A DNA stretch of 64,000 bases from Escherichia phage EO1. Shown piece by piece: positions 26,891 through 35,483 of this stretch. The stretch lies in sequence record OQ223305.1; one strand, written 5' to 3'. The notes under the pieces are model-generated. The model was not told where the DNA came from and made no database searches. It saw nothing but the letters and a program-made list of their open reading frames with translations. Position numbers and translations under genes: made by a program. The number at the start of each line of letters is the position of its first letter. Within the stretch, counting starts at the first letter, position 1.

Positions 26891-27631
26891 ATGATTAGTG
26901 ACTCTATGACAGTTGAAGAAATCCGTCTTCATTTGGGGCTTGCATTAAAAGAAAAAGATTTCGTAGTTGATAAAACCGGTGTTAAAACTATTGAAATTAT
27001 TGGCGCATCATTTGTAGCAGATGAACCGTTTATTTTTGGCGCTCTTAATGATGAATACATTCAGCGTGAACTTGAATGGTATAAATCTAAGAGCTTGTTT
27101 GTTAAAGATATTCCAGGTGAAACACCAAAGATTTGGCAGCAGGTAGCATCTTCTAAAGGCGAAATTAACTCGAATTATGGTTGGGCTATTTGGTCAGAAG
27201 ATAACTATGCCCAGTATGATATGTGTTTAGCTGAACTTGGTCAAAATCCTGATTCTCGGCGTGGTATCATGATTTATACTCGTCCATCCATGCAATTTGA
27301 CTACAATAAAGATGGTATGTCAGATTTCATGTGTACTAATACAGTACAGTACCTGATTCGTGATAAGAAAGTCAATGCGGTTGTTAGCATGAGAAGCAAT
27401 GATTGCTGGGCAGGCTATCGTAATGATTATGCTTGGCAAAAATACGTACTAGATAAATTAGTATCTGATTTGAATGCAGGCGACCCATCGCGGCAATATA
27501 AAGCAGGTTCTATTATATGGAACGTTGGAAGTCTTCATGTGTACGAAAATCAGTTTTATTTAGTTGACCATTGGTGGAATACTGGCGAAACTCATATTGT
27601 GAAAAAAGACTATAAAGGTGAGTGGAAATGA
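26891..27631 (+). CDS. 42: dCMP hydroxymethylase gp42 (246 aa)
   Basis: 246 aa; thymidylate-synthase-like sequence matching T4 gp42 as recalled (MISDSMTVEEIRLHLGLALKEKDF…). Confidence 0.9.
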   Translation: MISDSMTVEEIRLHLGLALKEKDFVVDKTGVKTIEIIGASFVADEPFIFGALNDEYIQRELEWYKSKSLFVKDIPGETPKIWQQVASSKGEINSNYGWAIWSEDNYAQYDMCLAELGQNPDSRRGIMIYTRPSMQFDYNKDGMSDFMCTNTVQYLIRDKKVNAVVSMRSNDCWAGYRNDYAWQKYVLDKLVSDLNAGDPSRQYKAGSIIWNVGSLHVYENQFYLVDHWWNTGETHIVKKDYKGEWK

Positions 27632-28470
27632 TTCAATTCGTAATTCCAAGTTATCAGCGTGTCGGGGCAGTTTCTGCCCTTGATATGTTTCCGACTAATT
27701 ATGAACCCCATATTGTAGTGCGTGAACATGAAGAAAAAGCTTATTATGATGCCTATGGGTCTAGAGCTAAAATTATAACTATTCCTGACGATGTAAATGG
27801 AATTGCTGGTACTCGTAAAGCAATTACTGATATGTATGCAGGTCAACGAATCTGGATGATTGACGATGATACTACTATTCGTATGAGTTCAATGCGAAAA
27901 AGAGATGACCGTCGTTGTGTAGATAAAGTCAATCAATTAACCCGTGAACAGTTCTATGAATTGATTCAATACGTCGAAGATGCCATGGATTGCGGGTATT
28001 ATCATGGCCATGCTCGTCTACCTATTTTTAAAATTACTTCATCTTGGGGTAATTATCGTGAAAATTCATATGGATTCACGAATACATGGTATGACCTCGG
28101 AAAACTTACGACAGAACAAATTGGGTATGGAAAAATTGATTTATGCGAAGATATGTATGCATTTCTCAATTTAATTAATCAAGGTTATCCGCATTTGGCC
28201 TTGTTCAAATATCTGGTTGTATCTGGAAAAGCACAAGCTCCTGGCGGGTGTAGTTCAATTCGTAGTAATTCTAAACATAATAGAGCGCTTGAGCAAATCA
28301 ATAGAGAGTTTCCAGAGCAAGCTCGTTGGAAAACGTCGAATATTGAAAAACGAAAATCGTTGGGTGAAGAAGACGAGCCATTAAAGGTTCTTCGTATGTG
28401 TGTTTCGCGCAAAGAAAAATCAGAAGCATTTCATAAGTTTAATGCTATTCATCCGATAGCAGTTGATTAA
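27628..28470 (+). CDS. glycosyltransferase with DxD (GT-A-like) motif at the beta-gt locus; possible beta-alpha-glucosyl transferase
   Basis: ATG 27628 overlaps the gp42 stop; motif IWMIDDDTTI; sequence does not resemble T4 beta-gt as recalled. Confidence 0.55.
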   Translation: MIQFVIPSYQRVGAVSALDMFPTNYEPHIVVREHEEKAYYDAYGSRAKIITIPDDVNGIAGTRKAITDMYAGQRIWMIDDDTTIRMSSMRKRDDRRCVDKVNQLTREQFYELIQYVEDAMDCGYYHGHARLPIFKITSSWGNYRENSYGFTNTWYDLGKLTTEQIGYGKIDLCEDMYAFLNLINQGYPHLALFKYLVVSGKAQAPGGCSSIRSNSKHNRALEQINREFPEQARWKTSNIEKRKSLGEEDEPLKVLRMCVSRKEKSEAFHKFNAIHPIAVD

Positions 28471-28525
28471 TGCCTAAATTTATTGTGTTATAATTACTCT
28501 ATCTTTAACCAGTGAGGAAAATATA

Positions 28526-28582
28526 ATGATGCCTATGGAAAAAATGAATGTCTATTGTAGATTTAAAATCCCGTTTGATTAA
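28526..28582 (+). CDS. upstream ORF (18 codons) overlapping the uvsX start
   Basis: ATG 28526 sits 8 nt after GAGGAA, whereas the uvsX ATG (28548) has no good SD; uORF MMPMEKMNVYCRFKIPFD ends 34 nt into uvsX in another frame. Confidence 0.3.
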   Translation: MMPMEKMNVYCRFKIPFD

Positions 28583-29729
28583 AGCTTCCACTTCTAAAAT
28601 GACTGCTGAACTGACTACATCTAAATTCTTTAATGAAAAGGATGTAATCCGTACAAAAATTCCAATGCTGAATATTGCTATTTCTGGTGCGATTGATGGC
28701 GGCATGCAGTCTGGTTTAACTATTTTTGCAGGTCCTTCTAAACACTTTAAATCAAATATGTCTTTGACTATGGTTGCGGCATATTTGAACAAATATCCTG
28801 ACGCGGTTTGTCTATTCTATGATAGCGAATTTGGTATTACTCCAGCTTATTTGCGATCCATGGGAGTTGACCCGGAACGAGTAATTCATACGCCAATCCA
28901 GTCAGTTGAACAGCTGAAAATTGATATGGTGAACCAGCTTGAAGCTATTGAGCGGGGTGAAAAAGTTATTGTATTCATCGACTCAATTGGTAATATGGCT
29001 TCTAAGAAAGAAACGGAAGATGCCTTGAATGAAAAATCTGTGGCAGATATGACTCGTGCTAAATCACTGAAGTCATTATTCCGTATTGTTACTCCTTACT
29101 TTAGCATTAAAAATATTCCATGTGTTGCGGTTAACCATACAATTGAAACAATTGAAATGTTTAGTAAAACCGTGATGACAGGCGGTACAGGCGTAATGTA
29201 TTCGGCTGATACTGTATTCATTATCGGTAAACGTCAAATTAAAGATGGTTCTGATCTTCAGGGGTATCAATTTGTTCTAAATGTAGAAAAATCTCGTACC
29301 GTTAAAGAAAAAAGTAAATTCTTTATTGATGTTAAATTTGACGGTGGTATCGATCCTTATTCTGGATTGTTAGATATGGCTCTAGAATTAGGATTTGTAG
29401 TAAAACCTAAGAATGGTTGGTATGCTCGTGAATTTCTTGACGAAGAAACCGGCGAGATGATTCGCGAAGAAAAATCTTGGCGTGCAAAAGATACTAACTG
29501 CACTACATTCTGGGGTCCTTTATTTAAGCATCAACCATTCCGAGATGCTATTAAACGTGCTTACCAGTTAGGTGCTATTGATAGTAATGAAATTGTTGAA
29601 GCTGAAGTTGATGAATTGATTAACTCAAAGGTTGAAAAATTTAAATCTCCAGAAAGTAAAAGTAAATCAGCAGCTGATTTAGAAACTGACCTCGAACAGT
29701 TAAGTGATATGGAAGAATTTAATGAGTAA
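28548..29729 (+). CDS. uvsX: recombinase UvsX (RecA-like), 393 aa
   Basis: Near-identical to T4 UvsX as recalled (…DLKSRLIKASTSK…, GPSKHFKSN Walker A). Confidence 0.9.
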   Translation: MSIVDLKSRLIKASTSKMTAELTTSKFFNEKDVIRTKIPMLNIAISGAIDGGMQSGLTIFAGPSKHFKSNMSLTMVAAYLNKYPDAVCLFYDSEFGITPAYLRSMGVDPERVIHTPIQSVEQLKIDMVNQLEAIERGEKVIVFIDSIGNMASKKETEDALNEKSVADMTRAKSLKSLFRIVTPYFSIKNIPCVAVNHTIETIEMFSKTVMTGGTGVMYSADTVFIIGKRQIKDGSDLQGYQFVLNVEKSRTVKEKSKFFIDVKFDGGIDPYSGLLDMALELGFVVKPKNGWYAREFLDEETGEMIREEKSWRAKDTNCTTFWGPLFKHQPFRDAIKRAYQLGAIDSNEIVEAEVDELINSKVEKFKSPESKSKSAADLETDLEQLSDMEEFNE

Positions 29730-30066
29730 AGATGATTTAGATTTAGATCTAGAAATTATCGATGAATCCCCCTCTTCGGAGGGGGAAGAAGAAAGAAAAG
29801 AACGTCTTTTTAATGAATCTCTTAAGATAATTAAATCCGCTATGGAAAATGTTATCCAGGAGATTGTCATTAAACTAGAAGATGGTTCTACACATATAGT
29901 GTATGTGACAAAATTAGATTGGGTTGATGGAAAGGTTGTAATGGACTTTGCTGTTCTTGACCAAGAAAGAAAAGCTGAGTTAGCTCCTCATGTAGAAAAA
30001 TGTATTACAATGCAACTACAAGATGCATTTAATAAAAGGTCAAAGAAAAAATTTAAATTCTTTTAA
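29722..30066 (+). CDS. 40: head vertex assembly chaperone gp40 (114 aa)
   Basis: ATG 29722 overlaps the uvsX stop; size and position match T4 gene 40. Confidence 0.65.
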   Translation: MSKDDLDLDLEIIDESPSSEGEEERKERLFNESLKIIKSAMENVIQEIVIKLEDGSTHIVYVTKLDWVDGKVVMDFAVLDQERKAELAPHVEKCITMQLQDAFNKRSKKKFKFF

Positions 30067-30075
30067 GGAGTAAGT

Positions 30076-31503
30076 GTGGTAGAAATTATTCTTTCTCATC
30101 TCATATTTGATCAAGCTTATTTTTCAAAAGTTTGGCCATATATGGATTCAGAATATTTTGAAAGTGGTCCAGCTAAAAATACATTCAAATTAATTAAATC
30201 TCATGTTAATGAGTACCATAGCGTTCCATCTATTAATGCGTTAAATGTTGCATTAGAAAATAGTTCATTTACTGAAACAGAATATTCTGGTGTAAAAACA
30301 CTTATTTCAAAACTGGCTGATTCTCCAGAAGACCACAGCTGGTTAGTAAAAGAAACAGAAAAATATGTTCAGCAAAGGGCGATGTTTAACGCCACATCTA
30401 AAATAATTGAAATTCAAACTAATGCTGAGCTTCCTCCAGAAAAACGAAATAAGAAAATGCCAGATGTTGGTGCTATTCCTGACATCATGCGACAAGCATT
30501 ATCAATTTCATTTGATAGTTATGTTGGTCATGATTGGATGGATGACTACGAAGCACGTTGGCTATCTTATATGAATAAAGCTCGTAAGGTTCCATTTAGA
30601 CTCAAAATTCTAAATAAAATTACTAAAGGCGGAGCTGAGACTGGAACACTGAACGTTTTAATGGCTGGCGTTAACGTTGGTAAATCATTAGGACTTTGTT
30701 CATTAGCAGCAGATTATTTGCAGCTTGGTCATAACGTTCTTTATATCTCCATGGAAATGGCAGAAGAAGTCTGTGCTAAACGTATTGATGCTAATATGCT
30801 CGATGTTTCTCTTGATGACATTGATGATGGACATATTTCTTATGCCGAGTATAAAGGAAAAATGGAAAAATGGCGTGAGAAATCTACTCTCGGTCGTTTA
30901 ATCGTTAAACAGTACCCTACTGGTGGAGCAGACGCTAATACATTCAGGTCTCTCTTGAATGAATTGAAGCTCAAAAAGAATTTTGTTCCAACAATCATTA
31001 TTGTCGACTATCTAGGTATTTGTAAATCTTGCCGCATTAGAGTTTACTCAGAAAATAGTTACACAACTGTTAAAGCCATTGCAGAGGAATTGCGTGCTCT
31101 TGCTGTTGAAACCGAAACTGTTCTTTGGACTGCAGCACAGGTTGGTAAGCAAGCTTGGGATTCTTCTGATGTTAACATGAGCGATATTGCAGAATCTGCC
31201 GGTCTTCCAGCAACAGCCGATTTTATGCTTGCGGTCATTGAAACCGAGGAGTTAGCAGCTGCTGAACAACAACTAATTAAGCAAATCAAATCACGATATG
31301 GTGATAAGAATAAATGGAATAAGTTTTTGATGGGTGTTCAAAAGGGAAATCAGAAATGGGTAGAAATTGAACAAGATTCTACTCCAACTGAAGTGAGTGA
31401 AGTAGCAGGTTCACAACAGATTCAGGCTGAACAGAATCGCTATCAAAGAAATGAATCTACTCGAGCTCAGTTAGATGCTTTGGCAAATGAATTAAAATTT
31501 TAG
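30076..31503 (+). CDS. 41: replicative DNA helicase gp41 (DnaB-like), 475 aa
   Basis: 475 aa, GTG start; Walker A GVNVGKS; matches T4 gp41 as recalled. Confidence 0.9.
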   Translation: MVEIILSHLIFDQAYFSKVWPYMDSEYFESGPAKNTFKLIKSHVNEYHSVPSINALNVALENSSFTETEYSGVKTLISKLADSPEDHSWLVKETEKYVQQRAMFNATSKIIEIQTNAELPPEKRNKKMPDVGAIPDIMRQALSISFDSYVGHDWMDDYEARWLSYMNKARKVPFRLKILNKITKGGAETGTLNVLMAGVNVGKSLGLCSLAADYLQLGHNVLYISMEMAEEVCAKRIDANMLDVSLDDIDDGHISYAEYKGKMEKWREKSTLGRLIVKQYPTGGADANTFRSLLNELKLKKNFVPTIIIVDYLGICKSCRIRVYSENSYTTVKAIAEELRALAVETETVLWTAAQVGKQAWDSSDVNMSDIAESAGLPATADFMLAVIETEELAAAEQQLIKQIKSRYGDKNKWNKFLMGVQKGNQKWVEIEQDSTPTEVSEVAGSQQIQAEQNRYQRNESTRAQLDALANELKF

Positions 31504-31537
31504 TTTACAAGCTGACGAGACTATGGTATAGTAGTCT
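31503..31537 (+). promoter_or_regulatory. early promoter for dmd with -10 inside a stem-loop
   Basis: GTTTAC 31503-31508; TATAGT 31527-31532 lies between inverted repeat AGACTA (31518-31523) / TAGTCT (31532-31537). Confidence 0.6.
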
Positions 31538-31561
31538 TGTTGGTTAAATGAGGAGATTGTT

Positions 31562-31744
31562 ATGGAATTGGTAAAGGTAGTTTTTATGGGGTGGTTTAAG
31601 AATGAAAGCATGTTTACTAAAGAAACCACAATGATGAAAGATGACGTTCAATGGGCTACTACTCAGTATGCTGAAGTTAATAAAGCATTAGTTAAAGCTT
31701 TCATTGATGACAAGAAAGTATGTGAAGTGGATTGCCGAGGATAA
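31562..31744 (+). CDS. dmd: Dmd (discriminator of mRNA degradation; antitoxin against RnlA/LsoA), 60 aa
   Basis: 60 aa, first gene after 41 behind its own early promoter, as for T4 dmd (61.5). Confidence 0.65.
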   Translation: MELVKVVFMGWFKNESMFTKETTMMKDDVQWATTQYAEVNKALVKAFIDDKKVCEVDCRG

Positions 31745-31745
31745 T

Positions 31746-32003
31746 ATGCATATTGTTTTATTTAAACCTACTCCGTATAACGTTAGGAAAAATACTCAAT
31801 TCAAAGCACTTATTGCAGATACGTGGGAATTGGTGTTAGATATTCCATCAGAAGAAAGTCCTCCATTTGGTCGAGTGGAATTTATTAAGTTTGCTGTGCG
31901 CCCTACGAAGCGACAGATTCGTCAGTGTAAAAGGTATTTTCGTAAGATTGTTAAGCTAGAGAAACAGTTTGTAACATGTGATTATGCAGAAGTTTTAAAA
32001 TAA
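31746..32003 (+). CDS. hypothetical basic protein (85 aa), 61.4 position; possible TifA-like anti-toxin factor
   Basis: ATG 31746 overlaps the dmd stop; basic C-terminal half. Functional call is positional only. Confidence 0.4.
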   Translation: MHIVLFKPTPYNVRKNTQFKALIADTWELVLDIPSEESPPFGRVEFIKFAVRPTKRQIRQCKRYFRKIVKLEKQFVTCDYAEVLK

Positions 32004-32061
32004 TTGTTTACTTTTATTGGAAATTGAGATACTATAAACATAAACTACTGAGGAGATTATC

Positions 32062-32355
32062 ATGAAAAAATTTATCTTTGCTGCAATTTTTGCTTTATCT
32101 TCTTGTGCTGCTCAGCCTGCTATGGCAGGTTATGATAAAGATTTGTGTGAGTGGTCTATGACTGCAGACCAGACTGAGGTTGAAACTCAAATTGAAGCAG
32201 ATATTATGAATATCGTTGAGCGTGATCGTCCTGAAATGAAAGCTGAGGTGCAAAAACAACTTAAGTCTGGTGGTGTAATGCAGTATAATTATGTTCTGTA
32301 TTGCGATAAAAACTTTAATAATAAAAATATCATCGCTGAAGTGGTAGGTGAATAA
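32062..32355 (+). CDS. sp: Spackle (periplasmic superinfection-exclusion protein), 97 aa
   Basis: 97 aa with N-terminal signal peptide MKKFIFAAIFALSSCAAQPAMA; size and position match T4 sp (61.3). Confidence 0.6.
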   Translation: MKKFIFAAIFALSSCAAQPAMAGYDKDLCEWSMTADQTEVETQIEADIMNIVERDRPEMKAEVQKQLKSGGVMQYNYVLYCDKNFNNKNIIAEVVGE

Positions 32356-32981
32356 TGCTCTATCAAATGCACAAGTGTAAAGATACATACAAATATAAAG
32401 GTGCCCAGTGTTATATCATTAATCGTGAAAACGCGGGTCCGGGTCATTCACATCAATCACGGTTTGTATTCGTTAAAAACAATGAAATTATAGCAGTTGC
32501 TAATTATATGCTTGTGACTAATGATGTTAATCCGGTGCCTTTTACATATTATAATCTAATGGATTTGGCGTACGATTATAATTGGTTTAATCATGATAAT
32601 TTGGCTCATATTGAAGGCGTAGGATTTGACATCTCTTATTCTAGTTACTCGTTATGTCCTATAAGCAGAGCTCATAAAGAGCCTGAATATTTTTCATTTC
32701 GTCGGCGTGTAGATTTTAAACACAGCACAGAGTATGTCGGTGGAATCTTTGTTAAAGATGATCGAATTACTCGCATTATTTATCCTTTGGGCTGTGGTCA
32801 AAAAGATATTGATGTTGATTTAGACTTTACTGAAAACATCATTAATCATATTGCTTCTGTGTATTTTGATATTGATCACAAAATTGTAATATGTGGATAT
32901 GAATTACCATCAGAAAAACAGTCTAAAGTAGATGTTTCTATTGATGACCAAATTTTTAATGCTTTTATGAATAGAGGTTAA
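32355..32981 (+). CDS. hypothetical protein (208 aa), gp61.2 position (AdfA-like anti-DarT candidate)
   Basis: ATG overlaps the sp stop; 208 aa; positional equivalent of T4 61.2. Confidence 0.45.
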   Translation: MLYQMHKCKDTYKYKGAQCYIINRENAGPGHSHQSRFVFVKNNEIIAVANYMLVTNDVNPVPFTYYNLMDLAYDYNWFNHDNLAHIEGVGFDISYSSYSLCPISRAHKEPEYFSFRRRVDFKHSTEYVGGIFVKDDRITRIIYPLGCGQKDIDVDLDFTENIINHIASVYFDIDHKIVICGYELPSEKQSKVDVSIDDQIFNAFMNRG

Positions 32982-32982
32982 T

Positions 32983-33147
32983 ATGAAAACATATAAAGAA
33001 TTTATTAAAGAAGATATGGTAGCTGGAGATTCAGGTGGTAATCCTGAAAATATCTCCACTGGAACAACGTCAGGTGCTGTAGTAAATAAAGGTCCTGAAC
33101 AGATTCCTAAAAAGAAAAAAGAGGAATCTAAAGAAAAAGAAGAGTAA
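32983..33147 (+). CDS. hypothetical protein (54 aa)
   Basis: Short ORF with Gly/Lys/Glu-rich tail, immediately upstream of gene 61. Confidence 0.35.
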   Translation: MKTYKEFIKEDMVAGDSGGNPENISTGTTSGAVVNKGPEQIPKKKKEESKEKEE

Positions 33148-33149
33148 AA

Positions 33150-34178
33150 ATGTCATCAATACCTTGGATTGATAATGAGTTTGCATACCGTGCATTGGCT
33201 CATTTACCTAAATTCGCACAAGTAAATAATAGTTCAACTTTTAAATTACGGTTTAGATGTCCTGTTTGTGGAGATTCAAAAACCGACCAAAATAAAGCCC
33301 GTGGATGGTATTATGGCGATAATAATGAAGGAAATATTCATTGTTATAATTGCAACTATCATGCACCAATCGGAATATATTTAAAGGAGTTTGAACCCGA
33401 TTTATATCGTGAGTATATCTTTGAAATAAGAAAAGAAAAAGGTAAAAGTCGTCCAGTAGAAAAACCTAAAGAACTTCCTAAACAACCTGAGAAGAAAATA
33501 ATTAAATCTCTTCCGTCATGTATTAGATTAGATAAACTGGCGGAAGACCATCCAATTATAAAATATGTAAAAGCTCGTTGTATTCCAAAGGATAAATGGA
33601 AATATCTTTGGTTTACAACCGAATGGCCTAAATTAGTTAATAGCATAGCACCGGGAACATACAAAAAGGAAATTTCTGAGCCTCGTCTTGTTATTCCAAT
33701 TTATAATGCTAATGGAAAAGCTGAGTCTTTTCAAGGACGTGCATTAAAGAAAGATGCTCCTCAAAAATATATCACCATTAAAGCTTATCCTGAGGCAACA
33801 AAAATTTACGGTGTTGAACGAGTTAAAGATGGCGATGTATATGTTCTAGAAGGACCTATAGATTCACTTTTTATTGAAAATGGTATAGCTATTACGGGTG
33901 GTCAATTAGACCTAGAAGTTGTTCCATTTAAAGATAGGCGTGTGTGGGTCTTAGATAATGAACCTCGTCATCCTGACACTATTAAGCGAATGACTAAATT
34001 AGTTGATGCAGGAGAAAGGGTTATGTTTTGGGATAAATCTCCCTGGAAATCAAAAGATGTTAATGATATGATTAGAAAGGAAGGTGCAACCCCTGAACAA
34101 ATTATGGAATATATGAAAAATAATATTGCCCAGGGATTGATGGCTAAAATGCGGCTATCTAAATATGCTAAGATTTAA
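33150..34178 (+). CDS. 61: DNA primase gp61 (342 aa)
   Basis: 342 aa; N-terminal zinc-binding cysteines (CPVCGDS...CYNC) and TOPRIM region. Confidence 0.9.
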   Translation: MSSIPWIDNEFAYRALAHLPKFAQVNNSSTFKLRFRCPVCGDSKTDQNKARGWYYGDNNEGNIHCYNCNYHAPIGIYLKEFEPDLYREYIFEIRKEKGKSRPVEKPKELPKQPEKKIIKSLPSCIRLDKLAEDHPIIKYVKARCIPKDKWKYLWFTTEWPKLVNSIAPGTYKKEISEPRLVIPIYNANGKAESFQGRALKKDAPQKYITIKAYPEATKIYGVERVKDGDVYVLEGPIDSLFIENGIAITGGQLDLEVVPFKDRRVWVLDNEPRHPDTIKRMTKLVDAGERVMFWDKSPWKSKDVNDMIRKEGATPEQIMEYMKNNIAQGLMAKMRLSKYAKI

Positions 34179-34375
34179 ATTAACCCAACTAAAGCAAATG
34201 CTAAATCTACAAATGTATCAAGAGTAACTACTGGAATATTAATACCATGCGCAATTGCAACAGGTGATAGAATAAAGTTCCAGAGTAAAATTCCTACCAT
34301 AGCAGAAATAGTAAAAGCTATACGTTTTTTATTACCTTTTATGGCATTAACAAGTGCCATTAATTTTTGTACCAT
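34175..34375 (-). CDS. hypothetical small membrane protein on the opposite strand (66 aa)
   Basis: Minus-strand ORF with strong SD (GGAGG, 4 nt spacer) and T4-like codon usage; two hydrophobic segments; stop overlaps the gene 61 stop. Confidence 0.4.
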   Translation of the reverse strand: MVQKLMALVNAIKGNKKRIAFTISAMVGILLWNFILSPVAIAHGINIPVVTLDTFVDLAFALVGLI

Positions 34376-34388
34376 ATGTCCTCCTTAT

Positions 34389-34412
34389 TGCTTTATATAT
34401 TTATTGTATAAT
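34389..34412 (+). promoter_or_regulatory. middle (MotA-dependent) promoter candidate for gene 56
   Basis: TGCTTTA at 34389-34395, 11-bp spacer, TATAAT at 34407-34412. Confidence 0.5.
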
Positions 34413-34448
34413 TAATCTACTAACCCATGAATTGAAAGGAAAAATAAC

Positions 34449-34967
34449 ATGCCACATTTCAACGAATGTAGTCAACTGATCGAAGGCGCTGATAAAGCTC
34501 AAAATGAATATTGGGATATTCTCGGTGATGAAAAAGACCCGCTGCAGGTAATGCTTGACATGCAGAAATCTCTGCAAATTCGTTTAGCTAAAGATAAACC
34601 TGAATATAATCGTCATCCTGATGACTTGGCTACTGCCGGTGAAGTTGTTGATTGGTTGCGTAATCAGAAAGATTATATTGACGATGAATTCCGTGAACTT
34701 CTGACTTCTCTTGGTGGTATGAGTAATGGTGAAAAAGACGCATCTGCTGTATGGAAACCTTGGAAGTCGCAGCATGGTGAGCGTCGTGAAACTCTGATTA
34801 CTGATTTGTCTCCGCAAGACCAGTTAGAAATTAAATTTGAAATGATTGATATTCTTCATTTCGTTCTGAATATGTTCCAGGGTCTTGGTCTTACAGCTGA
34901 AGAAATCTTTAAACTTTATTACCTGAAAAATGCTGAAAATTTCGCACGTCAGGACCGAGGTTATTAA
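34449..34967 (+). CDS. 56: dCTPase/dUTPase gp56 (MazG-like), 172 aa
   Basis: 172 aa; position after 61 and a MotA-box promoter upstream. Confidence 0.7.
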   Translation: MPHFNECSQLIEGADKAQNEYWDILGDEKDPLQVMLDMQKSLQIRLAKDKPEYNRHPDDLATAGEVVDWLRNQKDYIDDEFRELLTSLGGMSNGEKDASAVWKPWKSQHGERRETLITDLSPQDQLEIKFEMIDILHFVLNMFQGLGLTAEEIFKLYYLKNAENFARQDRGY

Positions 34968-35107
34968 TGTCTCGTTTAAATAAACGTCAACTCAAAAAGT
35001 TGAATAAGAAAAGGGCGAAAGCCCTTACTGCTTTATTACGTAATGAAATAACTAAAGAAATAGACCAAGAGATTATTGAACAACTCTGGAAAGCCGCTAA
35101 ATTGTAA
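34967..35107 (+). CDS. hypothetical basic peptide (46 aa); may be non-coding
   Basis: ORF overlapping the gp56 stop; contains GGGCGAAAGCCC hairpin at 35013-35024. Confidence 0.25.
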   Translation: MSRLNKRQLKKLNKKRAKALTALLRNEITKEIDQEIIEQLWKAAKL

Positions 35108-35109
35108 GT

Positions 35110-35117
35110 TATAAATA
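35110..35117 (+). promoter_or_regulatory. late promoter (TATAAATA) for soc
   Basis: Exact TATAAATA 32 nt upstream of the soc ATG. Confidence 0.7.
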
Positions 35118-35148
35118 CACCTGTAATTAAACAATAAAGGAGTTTATT

Positions 35149-35385
35149 ATGGGTGGTTTCGTTAACATCAAGACCTTTACTCATCCAGCAGGTGAAGGCA
35201 AAGAAGTTAAAGGTATGGAAGTTTCTGTAGCATTTGATGTATATTCAAATGAACACCGTATTGCAGATTCTCATTATCAAATCTTTCCGTCAGAAAAAGC
35301 AGCTTATTCTGATGTAGTTTCCGATGCAGCAACTTGGAAAACTAAGAATGCTGCAATGTTTACGCCTACAGAAATAGGTGGTTAA
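35149..35385 (+). CDS. soc: small outer capsid protein Soc (78 aa)
   Basis: VNIKTF...VSVAF...HYQIFPSEKAAYS matches T4 Soc as recalled; late promoter TATAAATA upstream and strong terminator downstream. Confidence 0.75.
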   Translation: MGGFVNIKTFTHPAGEGKEVKGMEVSVAFDVYSNEHRIADSHYQIFPSEKAAYSDVVSDAATWKTKNAAMFTPTEIGG

Positions 35386-35393
35386 TAATTCAA

Positions 35394-35417
35394 GGACTCC
35401 CTAGGGAGTCCTTTTTT
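35394..35417 (+). terminator. rho-independent terminator after soc
   Basis: GGACTCCCTAGGGAGTCC 35394-35411 followed by TTTTTT. Confidence 0.85.
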
Positions 35418-35483
35418 CATTTTACCGGTTTACTTTCCAAAATGAGTATGGTATAATAAAATTATCTTATAGAGGAGAGCACT

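Noticed and set aside
29738-29760. Short palindromic run GATTTAGATTTAGATCTAGAAATT at the start of gene 40
   Set aside because: Low-complexity consequence of the repeated Asp-Leu codons (DLDLDLE); no independent support for function.
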